Of a stretch of DNA of 64,000 nt, positions 18,338-28,144 are shown piece by piece. Position numbers and translations under genes: made by a program. Source of the DNA: Candidatus Latescibacterota bacterium (GTDB lineage: Bacteria; Latescibacterota; UBA2968; UBA8231); assembly GCA_965217585.1 (NCBI GenBank), contig OZ244561.1, forward strand, positions 2,400,001-2,464,000, given 5' to 3'. The notes under the pieces were generated by a model. It was not told the origin of the DNA. It ran no database searches and saw only the letters and a list, made by a program, of their open reading frames with translations. Each line of letters begins with the position of its first letter. Within the stretch, counting starts at the first letter, position 1.

Positions 18338-20137
18338 GTGAACAAGAAGAAAGTTCGCTTCATGTGTACCGCTTTCCGCGACGGCTTCCAGTCGGTCTAT
18401 GGAGCGCGCGTTTTCACGTCCGATTTTCTGCCCGCCGTCGCCGCGGCCAAGGAAGCTGGCATCGACTACTTCGAGGCTGGCGGCGGGGCCTGCTTCCAAT
18501 CGTTTTACTTCTACTGCGGCGAAGATGCCTTCGCCGCGATGGATGCCTTCCGCGCAACGGCCGGCCCGGACGCCGACCTACAGACCTTGGCGCGGGGGGT
18601 CAACGTGGTCGGCCTCGAATCGCAGCCGAGCGACATCGTCAAGCTCCACGCCGAGCTCTTCAAAAAGCACGGCATCACGACCATCCGCAATTTCGACGCA
18701 CTCAACGATGTCGATAACCTCATCTACTCTGGGCAGTGCATCGTGGATGCTGGGCTCAAACACCAAGTCTGCATCACGCTGATGGAACTGCCTCCGGGCT
18801 GCTCTGGTGCCCACGACGCGGCCTTCTACACCAATACGTTGCGCCAGATACTAGACGCCGGCATCCCGTACGACGCGGTCTGCTTCAAGGATGCCTCGGG
18901 CACGGCCGTGCCCGCCAAAGTCTATGAAACGATCTCAGAGGCGCGTCTCATGCTGCCCGAGGACACCTTCATCCACTTCCACACGCACGAAACGGCCGGT
19001 ATTGGCGTCAGTGCCAACATGGCCGCCCTCGACGCCGGTGCCGACGCCATCGACCTGTCTATGGCTCCTTGCTCCGGCGGCACCTGCCAGCCCGACATCA
19101 TCGTCATGTGGCACGCGCTGCGCGGCTCCGACTACGACCTCGACATAGACATCGACAAGATCCGCGACACCGAGGAAGTCTTCAAGGAGTGCATGGCCGA
19201 CTACTTCCTGCCGCCCGAAGCGGTGGCCGTGGAGCCGATGATTCCCTGGAGCCCCATGCCCGGCGGCGCGCTGACGGCCAACACCCAGATGCTGCGCGAC
19301 AACGGCATCATGGACAAGTACCCGGATATGATCAAGGCCATGCGCGAGGTCGTCGAAAAGGGCGGGTTCGGCACCTCGGTGACGCCGGTCTCGCAATTTT
19401 ACTTTCAGCAGGCTTTCAACAACGTCATGTTCGGCCCGTGGGAACGGATCGCCGCGCCCTACGGCCAGATGGTCTTGGGCTACTTCGGCAAGACGCCGGT
19501 CGCGCCCGACCCCTCGGTCGTCGAAATCGCCGCTCAACAGCTCGAGCTAGAGCCAACGACCCAAAATCCACTCGAACGCAACGACGCCGACCCAAACAAA
19601 GGCGTCGAACCGGCCCGCAAACAACTACAAGAAGCCGGCCTCGCCGAGACAGACGAAAACATTTTCATCGTCGCCACCTGCCAAGACAAGGGTTTGGCCT
19701 TCCTCAAGGGAGAAGGCGAGATCGGCGTGCGCAAGGTGGAGAGAAAGCAAAAGGAAGAGGCCCCGACCGACGGTCCGACGCACTATGCGATCACCGTCGA
19801 TGGCCGTCGCTACGCCGTCGCCATTGACGGCGACACGGCCACCGTTGATGGCCGCCGCTTCCAAGTCAGCTTGGACCCAGCGACCGATGGGGCGGCACCC
19901 CCACCGGCACCCAATGCTGATGGGGGCACACCGGTGCAAGCCCAGATGCCCGGGAAAGTAATCCGCCACCTTGCCCAAGTCGGCGACCACGTAGAAGAGG
20001 GCGACGGAATCATAGTGCTCGAAGCCATGAAGATGGAAATGCCGGTAACGGCCCCCGTCGGAGGCACGGTCGCCGATATTTTGGTGCATGCCGGGGATCA
20101 GGTGGCCAACGGACAGGTGCTCGCGCGCATCAGCTGA
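18338..20137 (+). CDS. oadA: Carboxyltransferase plus biotin carrier (oxaloacetate decarboxylase alpha / PycB-like)
   Basis: TAFRDGFQS, FDALND, FKDASG, HTHET, MPGGALT and VTPVSQ, with C-terminal EAMKM biotin site. GTG start at 18338 after GAGG. Confidence 0.85.
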   Translation: MNKKKVRFMCTAFRDGFQSVYGARVFTSDFLPAVAAAKEAGIDYFEAGGGACFQSFYFYCGEDAFAAMDAFRATAGPDADLQTLARGVNVVGLESQPSDIVKLHAELFKKHGITTIRNFDALNDVDNLIYSGQCIVDAGLKHQVCITLMELPPGCSGAHDAAFYTNTLRQILDAGIPYDAVCFKDASGTAVPAKVYETISEARLMLPEDTFIHFHTHETAGIGVSANMAALDAGADAIDLSMAPCSGGTCQPDIIVMWHALRGSDYDLDIDIDKIRDTEEVFKECMADYFLPPEAVAVEPMIPWSPMPGGALTANTQMLRDNGIMDKYPDMIKAMREVVEKGGFGTSVTPVSQFYFQQAFNNVMFGPWERIAAPYGQMVLGYFGKTPVAPDPSVVEIAAQQLELEPTTQNPLERNDADPNKGVEPARKQLQEAGLAETDENIFIVATCQDKGLAFLKGEGEIGVRKVERKQKEEAPTDGPTHYAITVDGRRYAVAIDGDTATVDGRRFQVSLDPATDGAAPPPAPNADGGTPVQAQMPGKVIRHLAQVGDHVEEGDGIIVLEAMKMEMPVTAPVGGTVADILVHAGDQVANGQVLARIS

Positions 20138-20194
20138 CAACTGCTCCACAGCGGACTTGACAACACCCCTAGAACTGATGGGAGGTGAATAGTC

Positions 20195-20389
20195 ATGGAT
20201 ACCTATCGAGAATTGATTGACAGCATACGAGAGAGCCGAAGGCGAATGTCAGAGGAATGCAATCATGATTCGGCCAGATACCTAGCGTATTTGCAGTCTT
20301 TCAATGCCAGATATTCAAAGCAAATTGAATCATTTCAAAAACTGCGTGATTCTGCTCATGCGGAAGACTTAATATCTCCGTCAGAATAA
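20195..20389 (+). CDS. Small hypothetical protein, possible orphan antitoxin
   Basis: 64 aa, RBS GGAGG, lower GC. IRESRRRMSEECNHD resembles small partners of PIN toxins. Confidence 0.5.
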   Translation: MDTYRELIDSIRESRRRMSEECNHDSARYLAYLQSFNARYSKQIESFQKLRDSAHAEDLISPSE

Positions 20390-20412
20390 GGCATCCAAAT
20401 ACGGCATGCTTC

Positions 20413-21120
20413 TCATGTTCCCACATCCCCGGTCCACACCTCGCGCCGCGTGCCATCGTCTTCGCGCAGCAGCAGTTGCCCGGCTGCGCCAAAGCCCAGC
20501 ACCACGCCCGTGTGCCCGCCGACTGCGACGTACTGGCCCAAGTTGGCGCAGTGAGATTCCCACGCCGCACTCAGCGCAGCAAAGCCGCCTTTTTCCCAAC
20601 GCCCGATCCACACCTGCAAATGCACCAGTAACTCATCCAATACCCACTCGACATCGCGCTCGACCCCCGTCTCGATCCGCAGCGAGGTAGCGGTCTGGCC
20701 GATGGACGATGCCTCGTCGGCATCCATGTTGACGTTGAGGCCGATTCCGAGAACGACTCCTTTGCAGCGCTCGGCTAAAATGCCGCAGATCTTGCGGCCG
20801 CCCACTAGCACATCGTTGGGCCACTTGGTCTGTGCCGCCAAGCCATTTTCCTCCAAATAGGCTACCGCGCCCAAGGCGGCGGCCTGCGGCAGCGACAGGA
20901 ACTGCAACGGCGACGCATCGCTCCGCAACAACACGGAAAAGGTCAGGTTGCGGCCAGCCTGGGCGAGCCACTGCCGCTCGTAGCGGCCCCGGCCAGCGGT
21001 TTGAGAACGAGCGGCGAGCACGAAGCCATCGGGCAGGTCCCGACCCTCGCGCAACCACTCGACCAAGGTCGTATTGGTCGAGGGCAACTCGTCGTGCCAC
21101 TGGGGTTTTTGGAATCGCAT
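20413..21120 (-). CDS. birA: Biotin--protein ligase (no HTH domain)
   Basis: STNT, QTAGRGR..RQW, KWPNDV, KICGILAE and GIGLNVN. Confidence 0.92.
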   Translation of the reverse strand: MRFQKPQWHDELPSTNTTLVEWLREGRDLPDGFVLAARSQTAGRGRYERQWLAQAGRNLTFSVLLRSDASPLQFLSLPQAAALGAVAYLEENGLAAQTKWPNDVLVGGRKICGILAERCKGVVLGIGLNVNMDADEASSIGQTATSLRIETGVERDVEWVLDELLVHLQVWIGRWEKGGFAALSAAWESHCANLGQYVAVGGHTGVVLGFGAAGQLLLREDDGTRREVWTGDVGT

Positions 21121-21166
21121 CGTTTTAAATATATGGACGAAGACCAAGCGTTGAGAAAGCTCGCAT

Positions 21167-21194
21167 TTGACCATGAGCTACGCCTTGGTATTAT
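21167..21194 (+). promoter_or_regulatory. Possible sigma70 promoter for phoX
   Basis: TTGACC-N16-TATTAT with an extended -10 TG. Confidence 0.3.
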
Positions 21195-21248
21195 TTACAA
21201 GTTCCCTTCAAGCCGCTCTCACGCCTCTTAGCTATAGGAGACAATCCC

Positions 21249-22628
21249 ATGCCCGTTTCTAGACGCCAATTCCTCAAAAGCGCGGCAGCCGTTTCCATCG
21301 GCTTTGCCGGCCTCCATCGCCACCTCGCGTGGGGCGAGCCAGTGCTCGAAAATAGCTTTGGGCCGCTCGTGCCCGACCCCGGAGGCATCCTCGACCTGCC
21401 CGAGGGATTTAGCTATCGGGTTCTCGCACGCGCCGGCGAACTCATGGACGATGGCCTGCGATTGCCGGGCGCAGCCGACGGGATGGCTGCCTTCCCCGGG
21501 CCAGAAGGCCGCGTCGTTTTGGTGTGCAACCAAGAGCTGAGCCCCGGGTCGAAAGAAGCCGGTGCCTTTGGCGACGACAACGAGAATCTGGGCAAACTGC
21601 CCAAAGAAGATCTGTACGACTGGGGCCAAGGCGAGATGCCGTCCTTGGGCGGCACCACGAACATCGTGTACAACGCGCAAACCGGCGCAGTGGAGCGGAA
21701 ATTTCTCAGCTTGGCCGGCACGGTGCGCAACTGCGCCGGCGGGCCGACCCCTTGGCATAGTTGGATTAGCTGCGAAGAGACGACCCAGCGGATCGACGGG
21801 CCGATCGAAAAAGACCACGGCTACAACTTCGAGGTCCCCGCTACCACAGAAATCGGCCGCGCCGCACCAGTGCCGCTCAAGGCCATGGGGCGCTTCGTGC
21901 ACGAGGCCGTCGCCGTAGATCCCCGCTCGGGAATCGTCTATCAGACCGAAGATACCGGCGACAGCTTGATCTACCGCTACATCCCCGATGCACCGGGCAA
22001 ACTAATAGCTGGGCGGCTGCAAGCCTTAGCCGTAATCGACCATCCCGGCTTGGACACCCGCAACTGGGAAAAAGCGCTGGTAAGCCCAGGCGAGCCGCTC
22101 GCCGTGCGCTGGGTCGATATAGAAAACGTCGAGTCGCCAGACAACGACTTGCGCATTCAGGGCTTTGAAGGCAAGGGCTGCGCTCGCTTTGCCCGCGGCG
22201 AGGGCATGTGGTACGGCCGCGATGCGATTTACTTTGTCTGCACCAGCGGCGGCCGCAAAAAGAAAGGCCAGATCTTCCGCTACCAGCCCAGCCCGCACGA
22301 GGGCACGGCCGATGAAGGCAAGGCACCGGGGACGCTCGAACTGTTCGTCGAGCCGAACGACGGCGACCTAGTCGACAACGCCGACAACCTCACGGTCTCG
22401 CCTTTCGGCGACTTGATCGTCTGCGAAGACGGCGGCGGGGAAAACAACCTAGTCGGCATAACGCCCGCAGGCCAGATCTACCGCTTCGGGCACAACCGCA
22501 TGAACAATTCCGAATTCGCCGGCGCGACCTTTTCGCCCGACGGCCAAGTGCTCTTCGTCAATATCCAGCATCCCGGCACCACGCTGGCCATCTACGGCCC
22601 CTGGGATCAGCGGCGGTCTGACGGTTAG
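21249..22628 (+). CDS. phoX: PhoX-family (DUF839) alkaline phosphatase, Tat-exported
   Basis: SRRQFLK Tat motif, NCAGGPTPW..WISCEE, MGRFVHEA, DNLTV, CED, SEFAGATFSPDG and LFVNIQHPG. Confidence 0.88.
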   Translation: MPVSRRQFLKSAAAVSIGFAGLHRHLAWGEPVLENSFGPLVPDPGGILDLPEGFSYRVLARAGELMDDGLRLPGAADGMAAFPGPEGRVVLVCNQELSPGSKEAGAFGDDNENLGKLPKEDLYDWGQGEMPSLGGTTNIVYNAQTGAVERKFLSLAGTVRNCAGGPTPWHSWISCEETTQRIDGPIEKDHGYNFEVPATTEIGRAAPVPLKAMGRFVHEAVAVDPRSGIVYQTEDTGDSLIYRYIPDAPGKLIAGRLQALAVIDHPGLDTRNWEKALVSPGEPLAVRWVDIENVESPDNDLRIQGFEGKGCARFARGEGMWYGRDAIYFVCTSGGRKKKGQIFRYQPSPHEGTADEGKAPGTLELFVEPNDGDLVDNADNLTVSPFGDLIVCEDGGGENNLVGITPAGQIYRFGHNRMNNSEFAGATFSPDGQVLFVNIQHPGTTLAIYGPWDQRRSDG

Positions 22629-22684
22629 CTCTGCAAGTCCATAGGAATTCTCTGCTGGCCGCGCCCGAGTCCGGCAGGCGATAC

Positions 22685-22716
22685 AGCGCTGTGTAGTATT
22701 CTGCACAGCGCTTTTT
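22685..22716 (+). terminator. Intrinsic terminator downstream of phoX
   Basis: AGCGCTGTGTAG-TATT-CTGCACAGCGCT followed by TTTT. Confidence 0.6.
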
Positions 22717-22761
22717 GCGTCACGCGCTTGTCTTCTCTGAAGGATTGGGCTGATAAAGCTC

Positions 22762-22777
22762 TGGTACGCCAATTGCA
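22762..22777 (+). promoter_or_regulatory. sigma54 (-24/-12) promoter-like motif
   Basis: TGGTACG-CCAA-TTGCA matches TGG(C/T)ACG-N4-TTGCW with correct GG-N10-GC spacing. Confidence 0.5.
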
Positions 22778-22933
22778 AGAGTCTTGGGCCGACTGCTCAG
22801 GCGAGTTATATTTTTTTTCCGCGAGGTCCTACCACGCCGATCCAATCCTCTCGAATGACCAAACATAAAAACGTCCTCTTTCCCATCGCCGAAGGTTGGG
22901 CGCGGCTAGCCACCTGTTTTTGAGCGCGGTGTT

Positions 22934-24844
22934 ATGAGCCAGTCCTGTATCAGCGACGCCTCCTCTCTCAAGCCTCCCCCAGCCGTTCTCGACGCCGCGC
23001 TGGCCCGGCTCGGCTTTGCGAGTTTTCTACCCGGCCAACGCGAGGCCATCGAAACCCTGCTCGCCACCAGTCGCCTGCTTTTGGTCGCCCCCACTGGCGG
23101 AGGCAAGAGCTTGACCTACCAGTTACCCGCGGCCCTCCTGCCGGGCACGGCCTTAGTGGTCTCGCCGCTCATCGCCCTGATGCACGATCAAGTCCAAGCG
23201 CTAGAGCGGCGCGGCCTTGCTGCCACGTACCTATCCTCGACTCTCGATGGCGACGAGTTGCGCCGCCGCATGTACGGGGTGGCCCAAGGCCAGTACAAGT
23301 TGGTCTATGCCGCGCCCGAGCGGCTGACCTTCTCCGGCTTCCGCGCGCTCCTGAGCCAGATCAAGTGCTCGCTTATTGCCGTGGACGAGGCCCACTGCAT
23401 CAGCGAGTGGGGCCACGACTTCCGGCCCGAATACTTGCAGATTGGCGAGCTGGTACGCGAGCTGCCCGACTGTCGGGTTCTCGCTTGCACCGCCACGGCC
23501 ACGCCGGTGGTGCGCGACGAGATCCTCGAGCGCCTCGGGCTACCGAGTGACACCCCGCAGCTAGTGCGCGGCTTTGCGCGGCCCAACCTCTCGCTGCGAG
23601 TTGCCGAAATCAACAGCGCCGCCGAACGCCGCCAGCAGATTGATGCACTGCTGGCCGAAGCACTCGGGGCACCCGACCAAAGGCCGGGTACCGCCATCGT
23701 CTATGCCCCTACCCGCAAGAGCACCGAGGAAGAAGCCGCCCGCCTCCAAGGGACTGGCTGGCGGGCGGGTGCCTATCACGCGGGCATGGCCGGGCCGGAC
23801 CGCGACGCCGTTCAGCGCGCCTTTATTCAAGACCAAACCCAAATCGTGGTGGCCACCAACGCCTTTGGCATGGGCATCGACCGCGCCGATGTGCGCGCCA
23901 TCGCCCATCTGGCCCCGCCCAACTCGATTGAAGCGTACTATCAGGAAGTAGGCCGCGCCGGGCGCGACGGCCAAGATGCCTCCTGCCTGCTGCTGGTCTC
24001 CCCGGGTGACATGGCGCTGCGCCGCCGCCTGATCGAAAGCGATGCCCTTGAGCAGACGGTGGTCCAGCACAAGTGGAATCTCTTTTTGGAACTGATGCGC
24101 TGGAGCGAGGGCGGCTCCTGTCGCCACGACGCGATTCTGCGCTACTTCGGCGACGAGGAAGAAACCCTCTCGGGCTGCGGCCGCTGCGACGTCTGCTGTA
24201 GTCTCTCCCATGCCGAGGCGGGCGACGCCACAGAGGTCGCCACTACCGTGCGCAAAGCCCTGTGCGCGGTCGCCCGTCTGCACAGACGCTATGGGATCCA
24301 AATGGCGGCTAAGCTCCTGCGCGGCACCGAGGACGCACGCCTCGCACGCGACGGCCTAGATCGGACCCCGACCTTTGGCACGCTCAAGGAGCATTCTGAA
24401 CGTTGGCTTTTGCAGCTTTTGCGCCGGCTAGTAACGGCCGGTTGGGTCGATTTCTCCGGTGGCGAGCGGCCGGTCGTCGTCCTCACGGAGGAAGGACGCC
24501 AAGTCATTCACGCCGAGCGACCCGTGCGCCTGCTGCTGCCGCCGAAGTCGGCCCCGCTTCCAGCAGCCCGCACCGCGCGCGTCCGTCCTCGCACCCCCGA
24601 TCCTGGCGAGGGATTCGACGAAAACGCCCAAGCCCTCTTCGATGCACTGCGCCATCACCGCATGACACTGGCCCGCGACGAAAAGGTTCCGCCCTACGTC
24701 ATCGCCAGCGACCGCACGCTCCGCGATATCGTCCTGCTGCGGCCTGCCAACCTCGAAGAACTCAAGCTGGCGCACGGCATTGGTCCGGCCAAGGCCGAAA
24801 AATACGGCGACGGCCTGCTAGCTATCGTCCAACAGGCCGCTTAA
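22934..24844 (+). CDS. recQ: RecQ-family DNA helicase
   Basis: PTGGGKS, DEAHCISEWGHDFRP, ATNAFGMGID and YYQEVGRAGRDG. Zn/RQC CRH...CGRCDVC and C-terminal HRDC (VPPYVI). Confidence 0.92.
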   Translation: MSQSCISDASSLKPPPAVLDAALARLGFASFLPGQREAIETLLATSRLLLVAPTGGGKSLTYQLPAALLPGTALVVSPLIALMHDQVQALERRGLAATYLSSTLDGDELRRRMYGVAQGQYKLVYAAPERLTFSGFRALLSQIKCSLIAVDEAHCISEWGHDFRPEYLQIGELVRELPDCRVLACTATATPVVRDEILERLGLPSDTPQLVRGFARPNLSLRVAEINSAAERRQQIDALLAEALGAPDQRPGTAIVYAPTRKSTEEEAARLQGTGWRAGAYHAGMAGPDRDAVQRAFIQDQTQIVVATNAFGMGIDRADVRAIAHLAPPNSIEAYYQEVGRAGRDGQDASCLLLVSPGDMALRRRLIESDALEQTVVQHKWNLFLELMRWSEGGSCRHDAILRYFGDEEETLSGCGRCDVCCSLSHAEAGDATEVATTVRKALCAVARLHRRYGIQMAAKLLRGTEDARLARDGLDRTPTFGTLKEHSERWLLQLLRRLVTAGWVDFSGGERPVVVLTEEGRQVIHAERPVRLLLPPKSAPLPAARTARVRPRTPDPGEGFDENAQALFDALRHHRMTLARDEKVPPYVIASDRTLRDIVLLRPANLEELKLAHGIGPAKAEKYGDGLLAIVQQAA

Positions 24845-24867
24845 CTCGCTCGTCTGGAGAACGTTTC

Positions 24868-25839
24868 ATGGCTACAATTCGCTGGGGCATCATTGGCTGC
24901 GGCGACGTTACAGAAGTAAAGAGCGGCCCAGCCCTGTATAAAACCCGCGATTCCGCGCTAGTGGCGGTCATGCGACGCGACGCGGACAAGGCCCGTGACT
25001 ATGCCGAGCGCCACGACGTACCCAGATGGTACGATCAAGCCGACGCACTCATCAGCGACCCGGACGTCGATGCGGTCTATATCGCGACGCCTCCCGACAC
25101 CCACGCTTACTACACGGCCCAAGTCGCCCGAGCCGGCAAACCTGTTTACGTCGAAAAGCCAATGGCGCGCAACCACGGCGAGTGCTTGGCGATGATCAAC
25201 GCCTGCCGCCGGGTCGGGGTGCCGCTTTTCGTCGCCTACTACCGCCGCGCCCTGCCCGCCTTTCTCAAGGTCAAGTCGCTGGTCGAGGAAGAGGCCATCG
25301 GCGCGGTGCGCTTCGCCTCCATCGCACTCTGCCAACCCGCGTCAGAGGATCCCGACGACCTGCCCTGGCGCGTCATCCCAGAGGTCTCGGGCGGTGGCCA
25401 CTTCTTCGACCTAGCCTCGCACCAACTCGACTTCCTCGACTTTCTGCTCGGCCCCATCGCCCACGCCTCGGGCCACGCGACCAACCAAGCCAAGCTCTAC
25501 CAAGCCGAAGACGCCGTTGCCGCCAGCTTCGCATTCGAGTCCGGCGCACTCGGCGCAGGAGTCTGGAACTTCGCCTCCGACCAGCGCTGCGACCGAATCG
25601 AAATCGTCGGCGACAAGGGCCGGATCGCCTTTTCCACGTTCGCCTTCACCCCGGTCGAATGGACTACCAACGCCGGAACCCAAACCCTTGCCATCGACCC
25701 GCCCCAACACGTCCAGCAACCCCTGATCCAAACGGTAATTAATGCCCTGTTGGGCCGGGGCGAATGCCCCAGCACCGGCGCAAGCGCCGCCCGCACTAGC
25801 CGGATCATGGACCAAATCGTCCACGGCCATGCCGCCTAA
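24868..25839 (+). CDS. Gfo/Idh/MocA-family oxidoreductase
   Basis: IRWGIIGCGDV, VDAVYIATPP, YVEKPMA and DLASH. RBS GGAG before ATG 24868. Confidence 0.9.
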   Translation: MATIRWGIIGCGDVTEVKSGPALYKTRDSALVAVMRRDADKARDYAERHDVPRWYDQADALISDPDVDAVYIATPPDTHAYYTAQVARAGKPVYVEKPMARNHGECLAMINACRRVGVPLFVAYYRRALPAFLKVKSLVEEEAIGAVRFASIALCQPASEDPDDLPWRVIPEVSGGGHFFDLASHQLDFLDFLLGPIAHASGHATNQAKLYQAEDAVAASFAFESGALGAGVWNFASDQRCDRIEIVGDKGRIAFSTFAFTPVEWTTNAGTQTLAIDPPQHVQQPLIQTVINALLGRGECPSTGASAARTSRIMDQIVHGHAA

Positions 25840-25969
25840 ACCCCCCGTCCTCGACGTTCCAATCTGACAACTTTGCGATCAACGCTTGGGCGAGAGCCTA
25901 AATTTTCTTATTTATATAAACTTGCTCTTGCACGCATTCCACTTAACTCGCACCTAAAGGGGGTTCGAC

Positions 25970-27262
25970 ATGCTGGTTCGCAGAAAGTGGGGCCTCCTTG
26001 CCCTGCTGGCTCTTATCTTTTTTGCAGTCCCCAATGCTAGCTTCGCCCAAGACAAGCTCGACTCCGGCGACACGGCTTGGATCCTGATTTCCACCGGCTT
26101 AGTTCTCTTTATGATGATCCCCGGCTTGGCCATGTTTTACGCCGGTCTGGTTCGCACCCGCAACGTGCTCTCGGTCTTTATGCACTGCTTTGGGATTGCG
26201 GCCCTGATCACTATCCTATGGACCATTTTCGGCTACAGCTTGGCCTTTACGGCCAACAACCCCTTTATCGGCGGCCTGTCCAAGTCCTTTCTCAGCGGCG
26301 TTACTGTGGATAGCCTCTCGGGCACCATCCCGGAATTGCTGTTCTTCGTCTTTCAGATGACGTTTGCCATTATCACCCCCGGGCTTTTCGTCGGTGCCTT
26401 TGCCGAGCGCATGAAGTTTTCGGCCGTGTTGTGGTTCAGTGGGCTGTGGTGCGTTTTGGTTTATCTGCCCATCACGCACATGGTCTGGGGAGAAGGCGGC
26501 TACTTGGGCGCAATGGGCGTCTTCGACTTTGCCGGCGGCATCGTCGTCCACATCACCGCCGGGGCGGCCGCGTTGGTAGCCGCGATCGTCGTCGGCAAGC
26601 GCGCTGGCTATCCCGAGCATCCCAGGCCCCCGCACAACATGACCATGAACCTCGTCGGCACGGCCATGCTCTGGGTTGGGTGGTTCGGCTTCAATGGCGG
26701 CAGTGCCTTGGCGGCTAATGGGCAGGCGGCTATGGCGGTCGTGGTCACCCAAATCTCGCCCAGCGTCGCGGCGCTGACTTGGATTTTTATCGAGTGGATC
26801 AAAAACGGCAAACCCAGTGCACTCGGCTTTGCCACCGGTGCCATCGCTGGCCTAGCGGCCATTACCCCGGCCTCGGGCACAGTGGGGCCGCTCGGCGCTT
26901 TTGCCATCGGCCTGTGCTCCGGTGTCGTCGCTTATTGGGCCGCCACTTGGCTCAAGCGCACCTGCGGGTACGACGACGCGCTCGACGTAGTGGGGGTTCA
27001 CGGCTTCGGCGGCTTGGTCGGGGTTCTGCTGGTGTCCTTCTTCGCCTCGACCGCCTTGGGCGGCACCGTCGAGGGCTTAAACATGGGCAAGCAGTTCGGC
27101 ATCCAGGCCTTCGCCGCTATCGGCGCGGCCGTTTATACCCTAGTCGTCTCGTTTGTCATTCTCAAGGTAATCGACAAAGTCAGCGGCCTGCGCGTAGATG
27201 AGAATACCGAGGCCGATGGGCTCGACGTGAGTGAGCACGGCGAAGCAGGATACGATCTATAG
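25970..27262 (+). CDS. amtB: Ammonium transporter
   Basis: PGLAMFYAGLVR, FQMTFAIITP, DFAGGIVVH, LWVGWFGFNGGS and DDALDVVGVHG. Confidence 0.95.
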   Translation: MLVRRKWGLLALLALIFFAVPNASFAQDKLDSGDTAWILISTGLVLFMMIPGLAMFYAGLVRTRNVLSVFMHCFGIAALITILWTIFGYSLAFTANNPFIGGLSKSFLSGVTVDSLSGTIPELLFFVFQMTFAIITPGLFVGAFAERMKFSAVLWFSGLWCVLVYLPITHMVWGEGGYLGAMGVFDFAGGIVVHITAGAAALVAAIVVGKRAGYPEHPRPPHNMTMNLVGTAMLWVGWFGFNGGSALAANGQAAMAVVVTQISPSVAALTWIFIEWIKNGKPSALGFATGAIAGLAAITPASGTVGPLGAFAIGLCSGVVAYWAATWLKRTCGYDDALDVVGVHGFGGLVGVLLVSFFASTALGGTVEGLNMGKQFGIQAFAAIGAAVYTLVVSFVILKVIDKVSGLRVDENTEADGLDVSEHGEAGYDL

Positions 27263-27289
27263 TTCGCGGCCCAATGACTCGCCGCTTAG

Positions 27290-28144
27290 ATGAAGGGCTC
27301 CATGGATGCTTCTTGCTTGCAGTATGCGTTGACCGAGGCTGAACGCCTAGAGTTCGCCCAGCGCGGCTACATCGTCTTCGACGAGATGCTGCCTCCCGAC
27401 GTGGTTGACGCACTCGTGGAAGTCTCCGACCGGATTGACGCCGAAGAGCGCCAAAAGCGCGGCGTCGGGCCCTACAACCGGCTGACCGTCCGCGACATGG
27501 TTTGGCGCGACGAGCGCTACCTAGACTTGGTCGATTGGCCCCGAGCACTGCCCAAAATCTGGGGAACACTCGGCTGGAATATCCAGATTTACCACACCGT
27601 CCTCGCCTACAGCCCGGCCGCAGAGCCTAGCAACCACCAAGTCAAGATGCAGGGCTGGCACCAAGACTCGGACCGCGTCAACCACGAGATCGAGTCCAGC
27701 CCCCGGCCGCGGATCTCGGTCAAGATGGCCTATTTCCTCAGCGACTGTTCGGCAGCAGGCCGCGCCAACTTCTGGGTCGTGCCCGGCAGCCATTTGCTGG
27801 ATACGTATGAGATCCCCAACGACGGCACTTTGCCCCGCAACGCCGTCCCCGTGCTGGTGCCGCAGGGCGGTGCGGTGCTCTTCGACCGCCGGATCTGGCA
27901 CTCGGCCAGTTCCAATGTCTCCGCTATCGCCCGTAAGGCGCTCTTCTACGGCTACTCTTATCGCTGGCTCCGCCCCCGCGACGACCAGACCGTCGAACAC
28001 CTTTTTAAGCGCTCTGATCCGATCCGCCGCCAGCTACTGGGGTACGCGCCTAGCGGTGGCTACGGTTACACCTCGCCCACCGATGAGGACGTGCCACTGC
28101 GCGTCTTTCTGCGCCAACATCTCGGTGCCGAAGCCGCCGCCTGA
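27290..28144 (+). CDS. Phytanoyl-CoA dioxygenase (PhyH) family protein
   Basis: WHQD, VVPGSH and FDRRIWH. The start could instead be 27302. Confidence 0.88.
   Translation: MKGSMDASCLQYALTEAERLEFAQRGYIVFDEMLPPDVVDALVEVSDRIDAEERQKRGVGPYNRLTVRDMVWRDERYLDLVDWPRALPKIWGTLGWNIQIYHTVLAYSPAAEPSNHQVKMQGWHQDSDRVNHEIESSPRPRISVKMAYFLSDCSAAGRANFWVVPGSHLLDTYEIPNDGTLPRNAVPVLVPQGGAVLFDRRIWHSASSNVSAIARKALFYGYSYRWLRPRDDQTVEHLFKRSDPIRRQLLGYAPSGGYGYTSPTDEDVPLRVFLRQHLGAEAAA

Noticed and set aside
24403-24867. N-terminal extension of the 478-aa ORF
   Set aside because: It overlaps recQ in another frame; the real start is ATG 24868 with an RBS.
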